From Lepidodermella squamata (lineage: Eukaryota > Animalia > Gastrotricha), in the NCBI GenBank assembly GCA_047495785.1, contig JBLDXI010000054.1, forward strand, positions 1,364,001 through 1,428,000: a stretch of DNA of 64,000 bases. The letters are read 5' to 3'. Positions 1 through 12,236 of the stretch are shown in pieces; the first letter of the stretch is position 1, and each line of letters begins with the position of its first letter. The notes beneath the pieces were generated by a model that was not told the origin of the DNA, did no database searches, and worked only from the letters and a program-made list of their open reading frames with translations. Made by a program: the position numbers and the translations under genes.

Positions 1-65
1 ATAAGCAAGCCATTCATTCTGATGTTCATGTTCATACTGGAAGATGGATGGTGGCAATTTTTACG

Positions 66-106
66 GGTTAGTGGGTTAGGGTTAGGGCGAGAGATTGAGA
101 GTTAGG
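66..106 (+). repeat. Short degenerate TTAGGG-like tract
   Basis: ggttagtgggttagggttagggcg...gttaggg: only 3-4 imperfect units, interstitial. Confidence 0.3.
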
Positions 107-1327
107 GCCCGATTGAAAACGACTTGCTATCGTATGACCTGCAAACTTCAGATATGTCATCAAACAGAGCTAGCCGAGGCGATAACAACAATAACTTGAT
201 GATAGTTCTCTCAGGGTTGATTGGGTTTCCGACATTTGATCGAGCCCGAAATCCACGGTGGATTGTACCGAATCTTCACTTCCTTTCGCGGCAGTAACAG
301 ACAACAGATTTCCCTGAGGCTCGCAATATCGGGTGCGCTACCACAAACCGCAATGACCAAGTCGGAACCACGTGGCCCAAGGCATCGCGCCAAAACCGAT
401 TTGAACACACGAATGTCAAGGTGAAACACATGCCCTAAATATTAACATGAAATTTCAAGTAATATAATGTTCTAAGCAGTAAGATAGTCCAATTGCGTCT
501 CAAAGCTTTAGTTTTAAAAGCATGCATTTTTTATTTTTTTTTAATTGTTCGATGAGCCATGAGCCCGTTTCCCGTCGTCTGTCGTCTCACTATCGAAAGT
601 CAGCGGCGGAGAAATGACTGGTGCTGTTTTCACAAGCTTATTTCCCGTTTACTGTCAAATCGCTTTTTTGAGCATGCATTTGTCGATGTTTCCGATCGTA
701 CGTGGCCAATGCCGCTTATCAGAAAGCAGCTTCCAGAATTTAATAAGGCAGATGAACCCTTGTGTCTCATTAATGTGGTTGATTTTCAGGCCACTTTCCG
801 CTTTAACGATGACAGAATCTCGCGAAATAAGCCAACTGATCACCCCTTTTGTTCAGTTTCCTTTTCACGGCTGACGCTTCGGTACAGGGCGCTGGTGTTG
901 CCGCCCTAACTCGAGCGCAGGCTTACATTTCCCCATCTGGTTAGTGGACGTTTCAACGCTTTGTAGCCGCATTTCTTCGTGATTATTTCGGTCTTGTGAG
1001 GTCCATCCATGAATTTAAGTCATTATTCGAATGAATAGTTAAACATTTGATTTGATTTGATTTATCAATATAAGCTCTCGTGCAATAAACGGCAATGAAC
1101 GACAGCAGTGTGTACTATTCCAATTTATTTCTTAAACCAACCCAAGTTAAATCTGTTTCGAGAGAAAGTACGCTAATTTGTCAAACTCTACTGTGAGAAA
1201 CCAAGGCTATTATATAGGATGTGATCTCAACTAAGAAGCTACTCATCAGATTCAATATTCATATCCGAATTAAAAAGCTGCTGGCTGACCGTGCACGGCT
1301 GGTTTAGGCTTTAGCGGCGAAAAAAAA

Positions 1328-3039
1328 TTATAGAGCCAGCCGTTGGAGGGCTGCCTTGCAAGCAGCAGCTAATGCATCCACGGCCGAGGCTAACACATCA
1401 ACGACAGCTTTTTTATAAAGATTATCAGTGGTCGTGGTCGCGTTCGTAGTCGTCGTGGGTTGGGTCGTAGTCGTGATAAAAGGCGCAATCGTAGTGTCCA
1501 AGTTGATGCCCAGATTTAACTAGAAAACACAAGAATTTCGTATTTAAAGCTGTCAAGCCGCTCAAGCAATGATATTTACATCAGCCGATGCGTCGTAACC
1601 GTTGCAGAGAAGCATTCGCTTGGTAGTATCGAAGCCTGGAGATGTGAGGTACTGACCCTGCGCATTAATGTAAACACCCTGACCCGGCGAGAAGCTTAGA
1701 TTGCCTTCCTGAGAGTTATTGTAGCCAGCAGCCGGACTCCAGTTGGTGAAGCTTGTGTTCGTGAACTGTGTGCCATCGTCCCCTAAAGAGAAATTTTAGT
1801 GAAAAATACAGGGCGAATCAATGGCATTTACATGTCCAGCCATTGACGCCGATGCTGTTGTCATTGGCGTTGTGAAGGCCGATCCAGAATTCGTTGCCAA
1901 GGCCAGCCACTGCCTTGATCGCAGCGTTCAAGTCGTCTCGCGACTGGATGGTCGCCAAACCTCGGCGACAAGCGACTGAAACGCCGGTTTCGGGGGTCGT
2001 AACCACTTGGTACTAGTATATGAATCAAGATTGCCACATCGTAGCTTATGAATCAACAAGCATTCGCAGTACCTTTTGTGCAGTGTTGCACAGATAGGCG
2101 CGCTTCGTCGCTGCTGCAGAGATGAAATACAAGCCCTTCTCATTCATGTAGATGCCCGCGCCGTTAGCGAGGTTCAAGCTGGTATCTCGAGGGTTAGTGT
2201 AGCCGGTCAGTGGGCTCCAGTTGACGAAGCTGGTGCGGGTGAACACAGTGCCATCGCCCCCTTAAAGTTTGTAGCTATAAAAATTTTGCAAATTATTGTT
2301 TTCGGACTCACAAGTCCAGCCGTTAACTCCTTCGCTGCTTTTTCCAATATTGCGCAGGCCAATCCAGTACTCGCCCTTCTTGCCACCGATCGCCTTGATA
2401 GCAGCGTTCAAGTCATCTTGAGACTGGATCGTAGCAAGGCCATTCGGGCAAGCAGCGCCTGCCACGGTGTCAGGAGTCGTGATGACTTTGTACTGAAAAA
2501 TGCTGGTTGCTTAAGCGATATCCTAATTGAAATGTTTTACCTTCAGCTGACCGTTGCACAGCAGTGGGCGAGCGACTGTTGCGAAACCATCTGCGGATGA
2601 GTACTGGCCCTTTTCATTGATGTAGACACCCTGGCCTGAAGCTGATCGCATATTGGTATCCTGAGGGTCTGTGTATCCAGCCGCCGGGTTCCAATTGACG
2701 TAGCTAGTACGGCTGAAAATCGAACCATCGCTCCCTTTGAATTAGACGCAATTAAGCTAGCAAGCTACAGCGAGAATGCCCAAATCACTTACAAGTCCAT
2801 CCATTGACACCGTCCGCGTTGTTGCCGGTGTTGTAGAGGCCGATCCAGTATTGGCCCACTCGGCCTCCCATCGCGCTGACAGCCGCATTCAAGTCGTCCT
2901 TCGATAAGATAGAAGCAACACCGTAGGGGCAGGCGTTTGAAGTGCCAACACTAGGCGTTAGGTTGAGGTAGTATCTTGCGGCTGCGGAATACCCAACGGC
3001 AGCGAACAATGCTGTTGCGACAAAAGTGAAACGAGTCAT
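1328..3039 (-). CDS. Secreted triple C-type-lectin-like protein, copy A (7 exons; signal peptide, 3 CTLDs, Thr stalk, C-terminal peptide)
   Basis: ATG at 3039 (MTRFTFVATALFAAVGYSAAA signal peptide). Three repeats of C-P/R-x-G-L/V-A-S/T-I-x-S-x-D-D-L, (Y/F)WIGL, GWT|W-x-DG, NW-x-P and LC-N. GT-AG introns restore the frame at every junction checked. Tail ...TTTTDNLYKKAVVDVLASAVDALAAACKAALQRLAL*. Confidence 0.85.
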
Positions 3040-3176
3040 TAAAATGAACGGAACGATGAGATGGAGGAATTTGAAACTGATAAAAAGCGGCTTTTTAGCC
3101 CGTAATTTATAGGCACTTATTGTCTCAATTCCACCGGTGCACGAGCTATTTCTAGCGATCAAAATATAAATGAAGT

Positions 3177-3217
3177 GCAGGTGTTTAATGCCTATTTCGA
3201 GAAGCAAAACAAATAAG
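3177..3217 (-). promoter_or_regulatory. Conserved lectin-gene promoter module (Fox-type TRTTTGT site + AAACACCTG E-box), copy A; identical in copy B at 8978-9018
   Basis: Minus strand cttatttgttttgc...ggcattaaacacctgc; a TATA-like cctataaatt lies about 70 bp upstream of the ATG. Confidence 0.55.
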
Positions 3218-3479
3218 CTTCTTCACAACTCTTTCTTACGAGAAAAAGAATGAAAGAAACGAAGCAAAATAAAATTCTTGTGTCAACAACCGTCGAATTT
3301 ACACTAGGCCACCCCCTCAGAGATGATAGAGTGCTCACTTCCCCTCAAAAATAAGCAGCTTTATAGGTTCATTTGACAGGCGATTAACTCATTGTCCTGG
3401 AGTTCAAAGTTCGAAATTGAACTAATTACAAGTCAATAGTTCACAAAAATCGCTGCGTATCGATTTTCGAATTCTAAGG

Positions 3480-6400
3480 TGGGAGACGTGTTTGGTTTCT
3501 TGCCTTTTTTGATAGAGCTCTTATTGAAATTGATTACGCACGGCGATGGCGGCAGGTGATAAGAATCGATTTGAACGACGAATATCTCAACGAACTCGCC
3601 AAGCCATACACTGGATTCACGGCGAACAAGGAAATCAGCGGTAACAGATGCGACCTGCTCGACAAACGAATGTGTAAGGTGGAAGCTATGACTGAAAGTG
3701 AGCCATGGTTTGTTGTTTCCACGATCAAGTGCATGCTGAAGAATTTGAAGAAAAAATCATGCAACGCATAATGAAAATTGGCGGCGGTGTCACCGAAGAA
3801 AGGCTGCTCGCAATGTCAGGCGACCTACAGCATGTATAGCTGCCACGGCGGCCAGCGAGTCAGCCCAACGTCAGCGATTTCTCGAAGGGATAATCGCTGA
3901 CCTCCAACGGCAACTGGAGGCGAGTAAGCAGGAAATCGAAAAATACAAGAAAGAGCTGGAGGAATTGAAACCCAAGGTGGAAGACCTGAAGCCCAAGCTT
4001 GAAGAAGTGAAAAGCAACACGTATGCGAACGTTGTCAGCGATCTGAGGAAGAAGACGTCGAAACTGGAGACGAAAGTCGAGAAGACTGGGGCAAAAATGG
4101 AAGCGGATATATATATGCGGGGGCGGTCGTCCTGAATGGCATCAAGGAAGGATCGGGCGGATCTTTGGAGGAGGCGGTAAAGACGGCGATTCCATTGCTG
4201 GACACGGTGTACTTCAGAACCCGCCGGCTAGGAATTCGCCGTGAGGGCATCAGGGCAAGACCAGTGTTGGTCATCCCGGTGAACAGTAATGCCATCCGAG
4301 AGAAACTGGAGGAGATCAAGGATGCGCTACCTAATCGACCATTTGCCCCGGCAAACTTCAGGGAATCCGATGACGCACTTATGAAAGCAGGCAAGCTACT
4401 TCAAAATTCGAGGTTTGCGGTTGCGGGTGGTGAAAGAGAACGATGTTGTAAGGCTTCGTTACGACCCAAGGACGAAGAAAGTCGTCGAAAGTGACGAGCA
4501 AGTGGCCGTCTTTGATGGTTACTTCCGTTCTCCGTGACAGACTGAGGGGAACAACAGGAAAAAACGCGAAGTTTGGAGAGGAGCCTCTCGGAACATTCAC
4601 GGATTCCGGGAGGAGAAACGTGAAGGGCTGGCGGATAGGGTGCGGCAGCATGAATTCTCAGGATGGATGGAAGAGCCATTCTTCCAGGAATTCTCAGTAT
4701 TAGTAACTCGGTGCTTGACTATGCGCTCGTCAACCTGGACAGCTTCGCAAAAGTGGAGGAAATGAAAGTCGTTACTGCGAACGATTGGCTGTCGGATCAC
4801 AGAGAGATTTGTTTAAAAGTGAGAAAAGAAACTGACGTACCGGGCAAACTGAGGATTGACAGCAAGCGATTTCAAAATGAGTTACGTGACTTCGTGCTAA
4901 ATTTGAACGGCGATGAAACGGGACCAGCATTGGCTGAAGGGCTGTGGACGGTCGCGGAACGTTCGCAAAGGACGAGTTCGTGCAAATGGAGGAAGCCGGG
5001 TGCCTGGTGTGAAACAAACGTACCCCGATTGAAGCAGAACAGGCTGGTGTCGCTGACCGACAACGAGAGATTGAAAATTCTTATTGAAAACCCCAACAAA
5101 GTCTGGGAACTGAAGAAGAAAGAAGGTAGGCCCAAAATGCCGACAGTGGGAGCGTCGAGGGCGCATCTAAGCGAGGCGCTCGGATGAGATTTGTCGGTCA
5201 AGGTGATAAAGCCCTCAAAGCCAGTGATATTTGCGACTCTGGTGAAACGAGCGAACACAACGCTGGAGGAGGAACCAGCCAAAGGGATGAAACTCTACAG
5301 TCTGCAAAACTGGACAAACCCGTTTACGCTGCTAGGGGCTCTGACAAAAGTGGCTACGGCTCAGCGACCAAAGGAAGACTTCAGGGCGAGGAAAGAAGTA
5401 CTGCTGAAGGAGGTCGCGATCAACGAGGTGAAGTCAGAGATCATAAAGTGTTCGAAGCTGTCGGCCGCCGGCATTGATGGAGTTGGATACAGGGAGCTAC
5501 AAGCAATTTCGAAACGATGGCACCGTTGTTGAGCAGGATTTATTCTGACACGCTAGCAGGAAAGCCGTACCCGATCAAATGGAAGACAGCCCTACTGACG
5601 CCAATCTACAAGCAGGGTGACCCAAACGAGCCGAAAAATTACAGGGCAGTCTCTTTGCAACCTTGTATAGCTAAAGTCTTCTCCTGGATTATAGATTTGC
5701 GGCTACGAGGATGGTTGAAACTGTACTTGCCACTGAAGAAGAGCCAGTTTGGTTTCCAGGAGGGCGTATCCACAGTCGACGCGGCTATTTTCTTGCAAAC
5801 GATAATCTCTTATTGGCTGGAGAGGGTCTATGCGACATTCGTCGACTTCAAAGCGGCGTTTGATAAAGTCGACCGGGAGCTACTGTTTCGAAAGCTGGAA
5901 AAGCGGGGGTTATCAGTTCGGTTTATCGCCGTTCTGCGGGATATATGTACAGTGAAACGCGAGCGGCGATATCCGTCGGCAAAGAAATTTCTCATCCCTT
6001 CACCACTTGGACGGGTGTGAAGCAGGGCGACCCACTGTCACCCCTGCTGTTTTGCATCTTCATTGACGACCCAGAGGAGGAGCTTAGCGGAGTACCGGAT
6101 CTGCCGCTCGGCGCGGAGGGAGTTCGGATCATCCTATTTGCCGATGATGTCGTCATTCTGTCAGCATGGCATCATGAGATGACGGGGTACCTCATGCGAC
6201 TGGCAAAGTACGAGGCTGACCATAGCACGACGGTTAATGTCGAAAAGACAAAGTACATGATATTCGGCAAAAAAGAAGAGGGCGAGCCGAAACCCCTTCA
6301 GTTCAAGGGCACCCCGCTGGAGGAAGTCCATAAGTTCAGGTAGTACTTGGGATGGTCTGAAAGCAATCTCTCCTTCGGTGAAGCAAGGAAACAAGCGCAT

Positions 6401-6945
6401 CTCAAAATGGCAAGAATCTGTCAGAAATCGTTACTCGTCGATACGTCGCGAAATTTTGACTGGTAATCTTGGTAGCCGCCCGATCTCGATCCGCCGAGCC
6501 GCTCGAGCCGAATTCTGCTGTTAGTTAGAGCAGATGCTATTTTTGGAAACCATGTCTTCACAACTCCTGAGTGCCGACTGTGTAACGCTAAGACGGAGGC
6601 TTCTAGCTGGCGGTTATTGAACCACATCACAAGGGAGTGCCCTTGCAGCGACGTTCGCCTTGAGATACCACAAATCGACAGATTGTTATACAGCAGGGCC
6701 GAAAAAGATAGCGCAAAGATACACTACTAATAAAAAGAGCTGCGGAAAAATATTATGGTTAAAGTGAAAGCGCAGTGCTTATCAATAACAATGAAAAGTA
6801 TTTTGAGGAATAAGAAGTTGATTGTTTTTATTCAGAAATCAGAATAATTTTTCTTCCCTTTTGTTTCCCTCTATGTTTTTAATATCGCTTTAATATCGTG
6901 GAACGCATCAATAAATCAATCGCAATAAATCGCAATAAAAATCAA
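3480..6945 (+). mobile_element. Decayed non-LTR retrotransposon (LINE): ORF1-like region, APE endonuclease remnant, reverse transcriptase, C-terminal Cys/His motif
   Basis: Coiled coil plus RLG...RPVLV ORF1-like motif (about 3920-4400). Endonuclease motifs SVLDY and SDH (4700-4800). RT motifs WKTALLTPIYKQG, NYRAVSL, QFGF, FVDFKAAFDKV, GVKQGDPLSPLLF and FADD, split over frameshifted ORFs 5191-6343. CRLC...H...C near 6570-6645. 3' tail of aatcgcaataa repeats near 6910-6945. Boundaries approximate. Confidence 0.9.
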
Positions 6946-7124
6946 ACAATAAACGACAGCAATGTGTACTATTCAAATTTATTTCTTAAACCAACCCAAG
7001 TTAAATCTGTTTCGAGAAAAAGTAAGCTAATTTGTCAAACCAAGGCTATTATATAGGATGTGATCTCAACTAAGAAGCTACACATCAGATTCAATATTCA
7101 TATCCGAATTAAAAAGCTGCTGGC

Positions 7125-8840
7125 TTATAGAGCCAGCCGTTGGAGGGCTGCCTTGCAAGCAGCAGCTAATGCATCCACGGCCGAGGCTAACACATCAACG
7201 ACTGCTTTTTTATAAAGATTATCAGTGGTCGTGGTCGCGTTCGTAGTCGTCGTGGGCTGGGTCGTAGTCGTGATAAAAGGCGCAATCGTAGTGTCCAAGT
7301 TGATGCCCAAATTTAACTAGAAAACACAAAAATTTCGAATTTAAAGCTTTCAAGCCGCTCAAGCAATGATATTTACATCAGCCGATGCGTCGTAGCCGTT
7401 GCAGAGAAGCATTCGCTTGGTAGTATCGAAGCCTGGAGATGTGAGGTACTGACCCTGCGCATTAATGTAAACACCCTGACCCGGCGAGAAGCTTAGATTG
7501 CCTTCCTGAGGGTTATTGTTGCCAGCAGCCGGACTCCAGTTGGTGAAGCTTGTGTTCGTGAACTGTGTGCCATCGTCCCCTAAAGAGACATTTCAGTGAA
7601 AATTTAAAGCTAATCAAAGGCATTTACATGTCCAGCCATTGACGCCGATGGTCCTGTCATTTGTGTTGTGAAGGCCGATCCAGAATTCGCTGCCAAGACC
7701 AGTCACAGCCTTGACGGCCGCGCTCACGTCGTCTCGCGATTGGATCGTCGCCAAACCGCGGCGGCAGGCGTTTGAAACGCCAGTGTCAGGGGTCGTGACC
7801 ACTTGGTACTATATTTTAATCGAATCGAGATTTTCACGCATTGTGGCTCGACAACAAGCAATCGCAATACCTTTGGTGCAGCATTGCACAGATAGGCGCG
7901 CTTCGTCGATGCTGCAGAGATGAAGTACAAGCCCTTCTCATTCATGTAGATGCCCGCGCCGTAAGCGATGTTCAAGTTTGTATCTAGCGGGTTAGTGTAG
8001 CCGGTCAGTGGGCTCCAGTTGACGAAGCTACTGACGGTGAACACAGTGCCGTCAGCCCCTGAAAGTTTGTGTTGCTAGTCAAAGTTTGAAAGTCAATATT
8101 TTTTAGACTCACACGTCCATCCGTTAATGCCCTCACTAATTTTGCCATTATTACGCAAGCCAATCCAGTACTCGCCCTTCTTGCCACCGATCGCCTTGAT
8201 AGCAGCGTTCAAGTCATCTCGAGATTGGATCGTAGCAAGGCCATTCGGGCAAGCAGCGCCTGCCACGGTGTCAGGAGTCGTGATGACTTTGTACTGAAAA
8301 ATGCTGGTTGCTTAAGCGATATCCTAATTGAAATGTTTTACCTTCAGCTGACCGTTGCACAGCAGTGGGCGAGCGACTGTTGCGAAACCATCTGCGGATG
8401 AGTACTGGCCCTTTTCATTGATGTAGACACCCTGGCCTGAAGCTGATCGCATATTGGTATCCTGAGGGTCTGTGTACCCAGCCGCCGGGTTCCAATTGAC
8501 GTAGCTAGTACGGCTGAAAATCGAACCATCGCTCCCTTTGAATTAGACGCAATTAAGCTAGCAAGCTACAGCGAGAATGCCCAAATCACTTACAAGTCCA
8601 TCCATTGACACCGTCCGCGTTGTTGCCGGTGTTGTAGAGGCCGATCCAGTATTGGCCCACTCGGCCTCCCATCGCGCTGACAGCCGCATTCAAGTCGTCC
8701 TTCGATAAGATAGAAGCAACACCGTAGGGGCAGGCGTTTGAAGTGCCAACACTAGGCGTTAGGTTGAGGTAGTATCTTGCGGCTGCGGAATACCCAACGG
8801 CAGCGAACAATGCTGTTGCGACAAAAGTGAAACGAGTCAT
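7125..8840 (-). CDS. Secreted triple C-type-lectin-like protein, copy B (tandem duplicate of A)
   Basis: Same 7-exon model. Promoter, exons 1-2 and the last exons are nearly identical to copy A (5' offset 5801 bp); the middle exons and introns diverge. Confidence 0.85.
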
Positions 8841-9903
8841 TAAAATGAACGGAACGATGAGATGGAGGAATTTGAAACTGATAAAAAGCGGCTTTTTAGC
8901 CCGTAATTTATAGGCACTTATTGTCTCAATTCCACCGGTGCACGAGCTATTTCTAGCGATCAAAATATAAATGAAGTGCAGGTGTTTAATGCCTATTTCG
9001 AGAAGCAAAACAAATAAGCTTCTTCACAACTCTTTCTTACGAGAAAAAGAATGAAAGAAACGAAGCAAAATAAAATTCTTGTGTCAACAACCGTCGAATT
9101 TACACTAGGCCACCCCCTCAGAGATGATAGAGTGCTCACTTCCCCTCAAAAATATGCAGCTTTATAGGTTCATTTGACTGGGAATTAAGTCATTGTCCTG
9201 GAGTTCAAAGTTCAAAATTTTACTAATTACAAGTCAATAGATCACACAAATCGGTAGCGGTTCGATTACCGGTTCCAGGTTCGAGCGAGCGTTTGGTCAT
9301 TGCTATTGTAAGAGACGGCCGATTTTTTATTCCAAATCGATAGGCGACCGAAAATTCAACCTCCCTTTTCGACCTTGACCCTTTGAGGCGGCCCACACTG
9401 GATCCAAGGTGAAATTGAACGACTTTCAGAAGCCAACTTGTTCGCAAGATTGATCTGGAGCCCCAATATTTTGACCGCTGCAAATTTCGAATCCAATTCA
9501 CCCTTAGGTAGCAATTTCTCCATTTTATGCGTGCGAACGATAATGAGTCATCAAATAACTTGGATGTTCAATGCGCGGAAAGCTCTTTTTCAGTAATTTT
9601 AATAATTGCAATAATTATTTCTCAATCATTCTCTCGCCTTAACAAAAGGAATTTTAGTTACCTGTGCCCTGATTTTTGCGCCCATTAATTTTACGCATTG
9701 ACTCGAAAATTAAATTTAAAATTATGCATGGGTTAACGATTTCAGTAAAATAGCCGGCAGGTTTCATTCTCGGTACTACGGCAGGATGTTTGGTTTTATA
9801 AAGAACACCCTGCATTGGTTTGAAGTTTGAAACGGTTTCTCGGATCGACATAACACGGCAACAATTTTCACTATTTCTCCACTTTATTTCTTCATTAAAC
9901 TGG

Positions 9904-10295
9904 CTAGATTAGATTAGTTGGACCAGGAGACCACCGAACGCTAAGACATACAGCAAATTCCTTCGGCCGGTACTCGGCAACGTTTACACCAACCGTTGCC
10001 TCGTAGCCATTCCAGAGAGGCATGCATGAAGCATGCGTTTGTTATCAGCGAATCCTGAATTCAGCTAGGACGTAATTGCCCTGCGCATTCATGTAAACAC
10101 CCTTGCCCGACGAGAAGAGTAGATTGGCAACCTGAAGGTTCAAGTTCCGTCGCCGGGCTCAAGTCGGTAAAGCTATTACGGGTGAAAATCGAATCGTCAA
10201 TTCCTTTTAATTCGATACAAATTTACTAGCGGTAACGAGATCGCATACCCAACGGCAGCGAGCAAAGCTGTTGCGCAAAAGGCGAAACGAGACAG
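9904..10295 (-). pseudogene. Lectin family remnant, copy C (start codon lost, most domains deleted)
   Basis: Signal-peptide region begins with CTG instead of ATG and joins a single degenerate CTLD half. Stalk-less tail GYEATVGVNVAEYRPKEFAVCLSVRWSPG resembles copy F. Promoter module retained at about 10465-10506. Confidence 0.7.
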
Positions 10296-10689
10296 TAGAA
10301 TGAACCAAACTGTAAGAAGAAGGAATTAACAACGATGAAAGCTGCCTGGTTAGCATATATTTATTTATTTGTTTACAAGCTTTAACCCGAAGCACTCAGT
10401 AGCACTCAGTTTAGAGACACTTTTTGTCTAAATTGCACGAGCGATATTCGAGCGATAATAAAGTGCAGGTGTTTAATGCCTATTTCGAGAAGCAAAACAA
10501 ACAAGCTTCTTCCCACTCATTCGTACGAAAAAAAGAATGAAGGAAATAAAGCAAAATAAAATTCTTGTGTCAACAATTATTATGCGAAAGGTTATTCATA
10601 ATGACGCACCCTTGGTGAAAAATAGACAGTATTTACGGGTTCGATAGATGACAGAAGTTCCCCTTGAGCTCTTGAAATTAGGTCCAATT

Positions 10690-11135
10690 TATCTCGAGAT
10701 ATCAATCAAGGCCGCTTGAACTTCACAAAAAAGCCTTTTGGCGACGATGTTGAAACCATTTTTGTTAGATTTTGGCAACAAAGCAAATCAAGACTCGCCT
10801 CCACGAAGCTTCGCGAAGAAAGCCATTGATACTGCCGGTCGCTTTGCCGATGTTTGCTTTGATACAACAGGTGTCGAACTTCTCCAGCAAGCTTCGAGCT
10901 ATGCACTGAAGCCTAGCGGTGTCCTGATGCTGGTTGGCATGAACTCATTGTCAGTGATAGACATGATTCGCAAGGAGTTTCACATCAGATCGCTACAACT
11001 GCACATACCAGGCAGGCAGCTGTTGACCTTGTGGCTTCCAAAAAGTTGACAGGGCTGGACAAAATGGTCACTCACACCTTTCCCTCTCAGAGCAAACTGT
11101 CGAAGCTTTCGAGACAGCGGCTAACGCCATCGCAG
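10690..11135 (+). pseudogene. Sorbitol dehydrogenase-like (MDR family) C-terminal fragment, frameshifted, intronless
   Basis: Across frames: DINQGRL..., ADVCFDTTGVELLQQASSYALKPSGVLMLVGM, KEFHIR, RYNCTYQA-AVDLVASKKLTGLDKMVTHTFP-EQTVEAFETA. This matches the SDH C-terminal half; the N-terminal catalytic half is absent. Confidence 0.7.
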
Positions 11136-11713
11136 CAGGAGCCGCAATTTCCAAAAATGGCCGCACAACAGGCGCCGCCTCCCTTCTCGATTCCGGACTT
11201 CAGACCATTATATTTACAGTGAATTTCACGACGGCTTCAGCCATCGCGAGTTTATGCGTGGGAAGTCTCTCGCGCTGTCGGGTAACAAATTTTTTAATAT
11301 TTTTTTGCTATTTTTTTAATAAGGTTTGCGTGAAAACACATAAAAACTAGCCTACTTAATTTTTTACGGCTTATTTCTCGTCTAATTTTCGAGTTTAAGA
11401 ATTTTGCAGACATAGAGTTTTCTAGTCAAACTGAAAAATCGGACGAAAAAAGCTAATTGAGTATAGTTTTATTTCGTGACTCTACTCTATTGGTGATACG
11501 TGTTGATATCTGCTGATGCAAAATGATTTCATAGCGCAATAAGCCACGTGGCCAAGGTGCGACTTGAAAATACGAGGCAATGGTATAAAATCACTTCCTA
11601 CAGGGATGACGATTCCGTGACACTAATATCTATTGGTTAATTTTGGCGATGTCCAGGTGAACATGTGGCTAATAGCTTCAATGTGCAAAGTTCAAGGTAC
11701 ACGGGGATTACGC

Positions 11714-11720
11714 TATAAAA
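11714..11720 (+). promoter_or_regulatory. TATA box upstream of the VOC gene
   Basis: TATAAAA about 95 bp upstream of ATG 11814; a second tataaaatcac occurs near 11584. Confidence 0.5.
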
Positions 11721-11813
11721 TCACATCCGATTTAGCAAGTAGACCAACAGTTCGCTCTGAACCTTCGGGACGTTTTACCTAGCTGATAAATCTTCAAAGC
11801 TTCATTCTTCAAA

Positions 11814-12236
11814 ATGTCACTCATTCCATTTCACTTGTCGATCTGCATCAACAGCTTGGAGGAAGCTCGGCGCTTCTACGGCGGAATCCTCGGCATGGAA
11901 GAGCGAAGGGCAACCGACACCTCCGTGCACTTTGACGTTCATGGTTCGCAACTGACATTGCACGCGGTGGACGGCTACAGCGCGTTGAACATCCAGCGAG
12001 AAGTTGACGCTGAAGATGTTCCGGTGCCGCATTTCGGATTCGCTCTGCCCGATGCTGATTCGTTCTTCGAGGTCGCTCAACGTCTGCGAAAGGCTGGCGT
12101 CAAATTTGTCAAGGAGCCGGCGAAGCGATTCTTGGGCAAGAAGCACGAACAGTACGTGCTGTTCGTTCTGGACCCGGCTGGCAATGGCATCGAAATCAAA
12201 GCCTTCATCCACGCTGCGCCTCGTCAATGGCTGTGA
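11814..12236 (+). CDS. VOC (glyoxalase/bleomycin-resistance/extradiol dioxygenase) family protein, bacterial type, intronless
   Basis: 140 aa intact ORF with PFHLS...LEEARRFYGGILG, FDVHGSQL, VDAEDVPVPHFG, RLRKAGVKFVKEP, EQYVLFVLDPAGNGIEIKAF, the motif pattern of the small bacterial VOC family (COG3565-like). Metal-ligand His/His/Glu positions appear present. Confidence 0.88.
   Translation: MSLIPFHLSICINSLEEARRFYGGILGMEERRATDTSVHFDVHGSQLTLHAVDGYSALNIQREVDAEDVPVPHFGFALPDADSFFEVAQRLRKAGVKFVKEPAKRFLGKKHEQYVLFVLDPAGNGIEIKAFIHAAPRQWL

Noticed and set aside
66-106. True telomere or chromosome end
   Set aside because: Only a few imperfect units embedded in ordinary sequence.
2785-3207. Extended N-termini of lectin ORFs in the track (MLLEIG..., also 8586-9008 and 37381-37716)
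   Set aside because: Non-ATG starts running through the promoter; the true ATG follows the TATA box and begins a signal peptide.
3480-8840. RT next to C-type-lectin-fold genes as a diversity-generating retroelement
   Set aside because: The RT is a decayed APE-type LINE enzyme. There is no template/variable repeat pair with adenine-specific differences, and variation is segmental.
11814-12236. Bacterial contamination
   Set aside because: No flanking bacterial genes or operon context, and a TATA-type upstream region. Contiguity still needs read-level confirmation.
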